A stretch of DNA of 64,000 nt, taken from IMG/VR virus record IMGVR_UViG_3300027857_000012, positions 70,002 through 134,001 of that record, one strand, 5' to 3'. Origin of the DNA: a virus. This document shows positions 59,741-64,000 of the stretch, one piece after another. The notes below the pieces were generated by a model. That model worked only from the letters and a program-made list of their open reading frames with translations, had not been told where the DNA came from and made no database searches. How positions within the stretch are numbered: position 1 is the first letter of the stretch; every line of letters begins with the position of its first letter. Position numbers and translations under genes: made by a program.

Positions 59741-60436
59741 GACGTATGTATCATCGAATTGGCTTTCAATGTCATATGCGTAGAGTAATTCTGGTTCGCA
59801 CATTGCAAGACAGACAAATATTCGAAGCGCGAGTGATTGTAATTCGCTTTCAGCGTGCATTGTCTCACTAAAGAAAAGGTGCCATGCGAGGAGGCTTCCG
59901 TGCATTAAGAGCGGAGCCTCTTTTTCATGTGTGAGAATAATCGATGCGCAGTGTTGTTTCTCAATCGTAAATTGATCGTGCAAATCGTTGACGAGAATCG
60001 CGTATTCTGTTCGAAGTGCATCGATGCGTCGAAGAAATGTATGATGCAGATAGAGGTTGTGCTGAAAGAGAGGGTGTTCGACAAATCGAATGCCGTGTTC
60101 TGAATAATCACTGAGAATTGGCGAAAATGTAAATGTGGGATGTCGCTGAAACAATGTGCATGCTACTTGGTGTGAGATGCCATGCAACATAACGCTGTAT
60201 CGACGTTCATCGGTGATACGTGTTTCAAGTGGATGTTCAAGGAGAAGTGTTTTTGCTGAGAGTGTTCGTGCGGTGACAAGCCGTGGCATGCTATGTGATG
60301 CTGACATGCACTGGACAGATGGACGAGTCACATAGTATGTTCCTTGATCTGTTTGATGCTGCACGAGTGGAAGAATTGGTAGATCATTTCGAAATGATCC
60401 ATTGATTGTTTCAAATAATCGATGTGCTGAAATCAT
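59720..60436 (-). CDS. degenerate ThyX-like (flavin-dependent thymidylate synthase fold) protein
   Basis: GIS.....L.QRH..FTFS....Y and GSL.AW..F....HAESELQ.LA resemble ThyX, but the RHR and SQR motifs are altered. Confidence 0.55.
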   Translation of the reverse strand: MISAHRLFETINGSFRNDLPILPLVQHQTDQGTYYVTRPSVQCMSASHSMPRLVTARTLSAKTLLLEHPLETRITDERRYSVMLHGISHQVACTLFQRHPTFTFSPILSDYSEHGIRFVEHPLFQHNLYLHHTFLRRIDALRTEYAILVNDLHDQFTIEKQHCASIILTHEKEAPLLMHGSLLAWHLFFSETMHAESELQSLALRIFVCLAMCEPELLYAYDIESQFDDTYVLRKRVE

Positions 60437-60874
60437 TGAATGCATCCCTTTTGACAAAATGCTGGCGGGATAAACCCGCCAGGAAAACACGTCCGGAGGC
60501 GTTCTATATACGAAGAGTAATTCTGGCTGTACTTTCTTTTTCACGAACATGGATAAGAACAAAAGAAACAGAATGTTTTCTTCGTACACGTTCATTATAT
60601 CATATGACGATATTCTCATAAAAGAATGTGAATACATCTGAGTGTGTCTCTTTTCACAACAATGTTTTGATAAGTTGAGAAGAAAAACGAATTAAAAAGA
60701 GGAAACAATGTTGATTATACCCAAAAGTACTACAGAAAAATATCTGTTTCAGGAAAAAAACATATCTCAATGATTGATTGCTTTCACGGTTCTCTCTGTT
60801 TATGATCAATGTATCTACTTAAAATGGAAAACAAGTGTTGAAAGAACGAATGCGCCTTGAAACATTATGAAACA

Positions 60875-60904
60875 ATGTACTTTTGAAACTTCACAGGATA
60901 TAAT
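60875..60904 (+). promoter_or_regulatory. conserved phage promoter motif
   Basis: ATGTACTTTT...TATAAT. Confidence 0.7.
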
Positions 60905-60963
60905 TAGCATAAGCGATAGAACTTGCTTGCCTTTTTCTTTTTCTGTTCTCATTTTTTCTCTGG

Positions 60964-62103
60964 ATGATCATGATAGCGGATGAACCCGATGCAATTGTGA
61001 TCCCAAGTCCTCATTTTTTTCTTAATCGATATGGTCAAACGGCAAAATGGATTATATGTCATGGTACAGCAGGTGGTTCATCTGCGACAGCAATTGGCGA
61101 CATGTTTGCTGGGTCAGATCAGGTCGCATCGCATTACATTGTAGGGCGTGATGGCGCTGTTGTACAATGTGTGCTCGAAAAAGATGGCGCATGGGCAAAT
61201 GGTGGTATTTCAGGATGGCCAGGAACGTCAGGTGATGGAGTACATCATGACACTTGGTGGACAGCAGCTGTCAACCCCAATCTTGAAACGATCACCATTG
61301 AATTTGTGAAACCCTCTACTGACAATTCTGATGCTCTTACATCACAACAAGAAATTGCTGGATTCAAACTCATTCAGCACATTTGTGATCGAAACAACAT
61401 TCCAAAGCGTGCTGCTGACGCGCAAGGTGGCATCACTGGACATTACTCGATGGATCCAGTGAATCGAAGCCATTGCCCTGGCCTTTTCCCATTCGATCGA
61501 CTCTTCACATTTTTGGATCAAGGTGGCGTTATGCTCGATTTATCATTGCCATTCGTGGCGTCATTTTTTGAAGATGTTGGGAATGACATATGGCGGTGTA
61601 AGAGTAACGGGAAAGTCATTGGACATGATATTCTCATGTTCTATCGAGTGTTTTTAGGGATTCTTGTGTATCGATTGCCCATTTCAGATGAGTGGTCGCC
61701 AAAGCCCGGTGTGACGCTGCAACGATTTGAAGGTGGTGTGCTGTGTTATGATCCTCAACGAGTGTATGACAATCCATTTGGATCACAAGATTTGTACCGC
61801 ATTCAAGGATATCAAGGATCTGTCTACCCAGCAAAAATTTATGAAAGTTTTGCTGTCGATCCTCGACTTGACGCACTCAATACGCAAAATCAAACACTCC
61901 AGAGTCAACTCGCAAATGCACTTGCACAAAACACAACAATGAAAACACAACTTGCACAAAGAGATGCAACGGCACTTAGTACTGCTGAAAAAACCGCACT
62001 TGCTGGCATCGCAACACTTGCGCAACAGTGTGCGATTGAACTCAAAACAACAATGACAGCACCCATTCCGCCATCAACATTGAAAGGGCTCGGTGTTGCA
62101 TGA
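60964..62103 (+). CDS. N-acetylmuramoyl-L-alanine amidase (probable endolysin)
   Basis: Amidase_2 motifs HGTAG, SHYIV, AWANG, TIEF, GH..CPG; C-terminal PISDE..QRFE repeat and coiled coil. Confidence 0.88.
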   Translation: MIMIADEPDAIVIPSPHFFLNRYGQTAKWIICHGTAGGSSATAIGDMFAGSDQVASHYIVGRDGAVVQCVLEKDGAWANGGISGWPGTSGDGVHHDTWWTAAVNPNLETITIEFVKPSTDNSDALTSQQEIAGFKLIQHICDRNNIPKRAADAQGGITGHYSMDPVNRSHCPGLFPFDRLFTFLDQGGVMLDLSLPFVASFFEDVGNDIWRCKSNGKVIGHDILMFYRVFLGILVYRLPISDEWSPKPGVTLQRFEGGVLCYDPQRVYDNPFGSQDLYRIQGYQGSVYPAKIYESFAVDPRLDALNTQNQTLQSQLANALAQNTTMKTQLAQRDATALSTAEKTALAGIATLAQQCAIELKTTMTAPIPPSTLKGLGVA

Positions 62104-62414
62104 TGTCTATTTTGTTGAGTGCGACAGAAAATCTTTCTGCTGCATGTGAAGAGATTGCGACAGTATTTACGTGTTTATTGCCTCTTCTCTCGACAGCAGA
62201 AAGTGCTGTCGTTGATGAACATTTGCACATTATTGGACAAAGGCTCGAAGCACTCAATGGTGCGATTCTTGCACTTCGAGCAGAGACACTTGCACCGCAC
62301 TCAACACGATATGCATCAATCCTTGTTGATGTACAGTATCTCTCGCCACAAGAGGATGCGTTCCATGAACATCTTTGCACTCTTAATCGCGGCACCAAAT
62401 ACGCTGACGACTAA
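62100..62414 (+). CDS. hypothetical protein
   Basis: coupled to amidase stop. Confidence 0.5.
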   Translation: MMSILLSATENLSAACEEIATVFTCLLPLLSTAESAVVDEHLHIIGQRLEALNGAILALRAETLAPHSTRYASILVDVQYLSPQEDAFHEHLCTLNRGTKYADD

Positions 62415-62778
62415 ACAACAAGTCTTCCAGCATACACTTCGATCGTTGCTCATTAATGCGATTGTTGCTGGTCTTGTTGAGTGCATTGTACTTTCACAGC
62501 AGCAGCCAGCATTGAGCATTTTCAGTTTGTCTGTACTCAGTGTCTCAGCGGTGATCAGCACATTCGGACATAGTGCTGTGCAAGCGTTAACACTCCAGGG
62601 TGCATCGACACAAGATACAACACAAATACAAACAGAAACAGATGTCCTTGTACATGCAGCAGAAACACTTGCAATGCCACATGTTCTTCCAGGTACGACA
62701 CTAACACCACCCCCTCCTACATCAACGGGAATGCCAGATCCATGGGCACCACATGATTCAGGAGGAACGGCAGTATGA
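62365..62778 (+). CDS. holin-like membrane protein
   Basis: GAGGA RBS, two hydrophobic segments, near amidase. Confidence 0.45.
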   Translation: MNIFALLIAAPNTLTTKQQVFQHTLRSLLINAIVAGLVECIVLSQQQPALSIFSLSVLSVSAVISTFGHSAVQALTLQGASTQDTTQIQTETDVLVHAAETLAMPHVLPGTTLTPPPPTSTGMPDPWAPHDSGGTAV

Positions 62779-63509
62779 CATGCATTTGTGGCATTGTTGA
62801 TGTACATGGGCAAATTTGGATCGGTGGTGATTCAGCAGGGTCTGACCAGTATACTGTTCTTACGTCAACACTTTCCAAAGTATTTCGAAAAGAGCAAATG
62901 TTGTTAGGCATTGCAGGGTCGTGGCGGCAAATGCAGCTTGTGCATTATGCACTTGAATTGCCAGAGCATCCTCGTCGGATGTCAGATGAAGCATATTTGA
63001 CAACACTCTTTATTGATGCTATTCGTGAGTGTTTTACATCTGCAGGCAGCACATCCAAATTCAATGAACAAGAAAGTACATCGAGCGCATTTCTCATTGG
63101 GTATCACCAAAAACTCTATCGAATTCATTCTGATTATGGGATTACGACATCGGATTGTCAATACGACGCTGTGGGGAGTGGAGATGACATTGCGAGAGGT
63201 GCACTCTTTGCAACACCGCATTTATCTCCACAAGATCGTCTCAGAATGGCACTGAAAGCGGCGGTTGAGCATACCCCCTATGTCCGACCACCATTCACAA
63301 TTGAGATGCTGTCTCCGCCGACTGATTTTGAGCCGTCATCGGCGGAGCGTATCTCTTTTTTACCAAAACAAACAAACACACTGCTCACATATATGATGCA
63401 CGCACCACCAGAAACAAGTGTGCATCTTGCACCGAACAATGGAAATGTTCCACTGGATCATTCATCGACATTCACTGGAGCAGGACATGAAAGACAGCAA
63501 GAACACTGA
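62775..63509 (+). CDS. HslV/proteasome-like Ntn hydrolase
   Basis: N-terminal Thr (MTCICG), GGDS, SKVF, IAGS, AVGSG. Confidence 0.8.
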   Translation: MTCICGIVDVHGQIWIGGDSAGSDQYTVLTSTLSKVFRKEQMLLGIAGSWRQMQLVHYALELPEHPRRMSDEAYLTTLFIDAIRECFTSAGSTSKFNEQESTSSAFLIGYHQKLYRIHSDYGITTSDCQYDAVGSGDDIARGALFATPHLSPQDRLRMALKAAVEHTPYVRPPFTIEMLSPPTDFEPSSAERISFLPKQTNTLLTYMMHAPPETSVHLAPNNGNVPLDHSSTFTGAGHERQQEH

Positions 63510-63924
63510 AGTTATTTCACTCGAATTGCTTGTGAACTCAGTCGTCATGCAAACGTATCCTGTACAACGAACTCATGTTCGAATTATGAAAATCATGCCA
63601 CTTGCACATGATGTCTTACAGAGCATGAAAAAGAATAAACGATTGACACCATTCGAACAACAAGGTGACACGTATCTATTTTGGTGTTTCGTTGAAATTG
63701 ACGGGTTACATCGAATTCGTGTTCGATTTCTTTTTGGTCAATTAACAGTGAACAAATTACAAGTCGCGTGTGGCTATCATGAGCGAGATTTTCAAGAGTG
63801 GGCGCAAAAAGCGTATCTCCGAGGATGGTTTGATTTTCTGGATGTTCGAGCGCTTCCCATTACTCGACTGACTGGAAGTCCTGTAACACCACTTTCAACA
63901 ATAGAGGATTCTGATGCAGCATGA
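63487..63924 (+). CDS. hypothetical protein
   Basis: GGAG RBS, overlaps upstream gene. Confidence 0.55.
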   Translation: MKDSKNTEVISLELLVNSVVMQTYPVQRTHVRIMKIMPLAHDVLQSMKKNKRLTPFEQQGDTYLFWCFVEIDGLHRIRVRFLFGQLTVNKLQVACGYHERDFQEWAQKAYLRGWFDFLDVRALPITRLTGSPVTPLSTIEDSDAA

Positions 63925-64000
63925 AGAAGAGGCTGATCTCGAAGAGACAGCATTAACATTTATTCCGATTCTCCCATCACCATATCCTGTCTGTATTCAG

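Overview
A 64-kb segment of a large, probably jumbo-type, bacteriophage genome in standard code 11, almost all on the + strand. No virion structural genes are recognisable. Several proteins resemble families I recall as typical of Ktedonobacteria (Chloroflexota): a Ser/Thr kinase, a TIR domain, a winged-helix protein, an amidase and secreted proteins. The host assignment is an inference. About 2.5-11.3 kb is a dense RNA-gene array with ~16 readable tRNAs, ~10 atypical tRNA-like RNAs, several large structured spacer RNAs and a NUMOD3/Vsr-type homing endonuclease. The most striking elements are tRNA bodies (acceptor, D and T arms) whose anticodon loop is replaced by a structured domain. Two of them (2583-2708 and 10127-10302) share a gap-free three-way junction with complementary kissing loops despite unrelated insert sequences. 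The rest of the window is mostly small hypothetical genes preceded by a recurrent 30-bp promoter-like motif (ATGTAC(T/A)TTT-N14-TATAAT, more than 20 copies). It also encodes a MoxR AAA+/vWA module, dCMP deaminase, a tyrosine recombinase, a TIR-Zn ribbon-kinase-TIR protein next to a CPBP protease, DinD, a nitric oxide synthase plus globin pair, an HTH-ParB module, a nucleotidyltransferase, a degenerate ThyX, an amidase endolysin and an HslV-like protease. All RNA folds were derived by eye and need computational confirmation.
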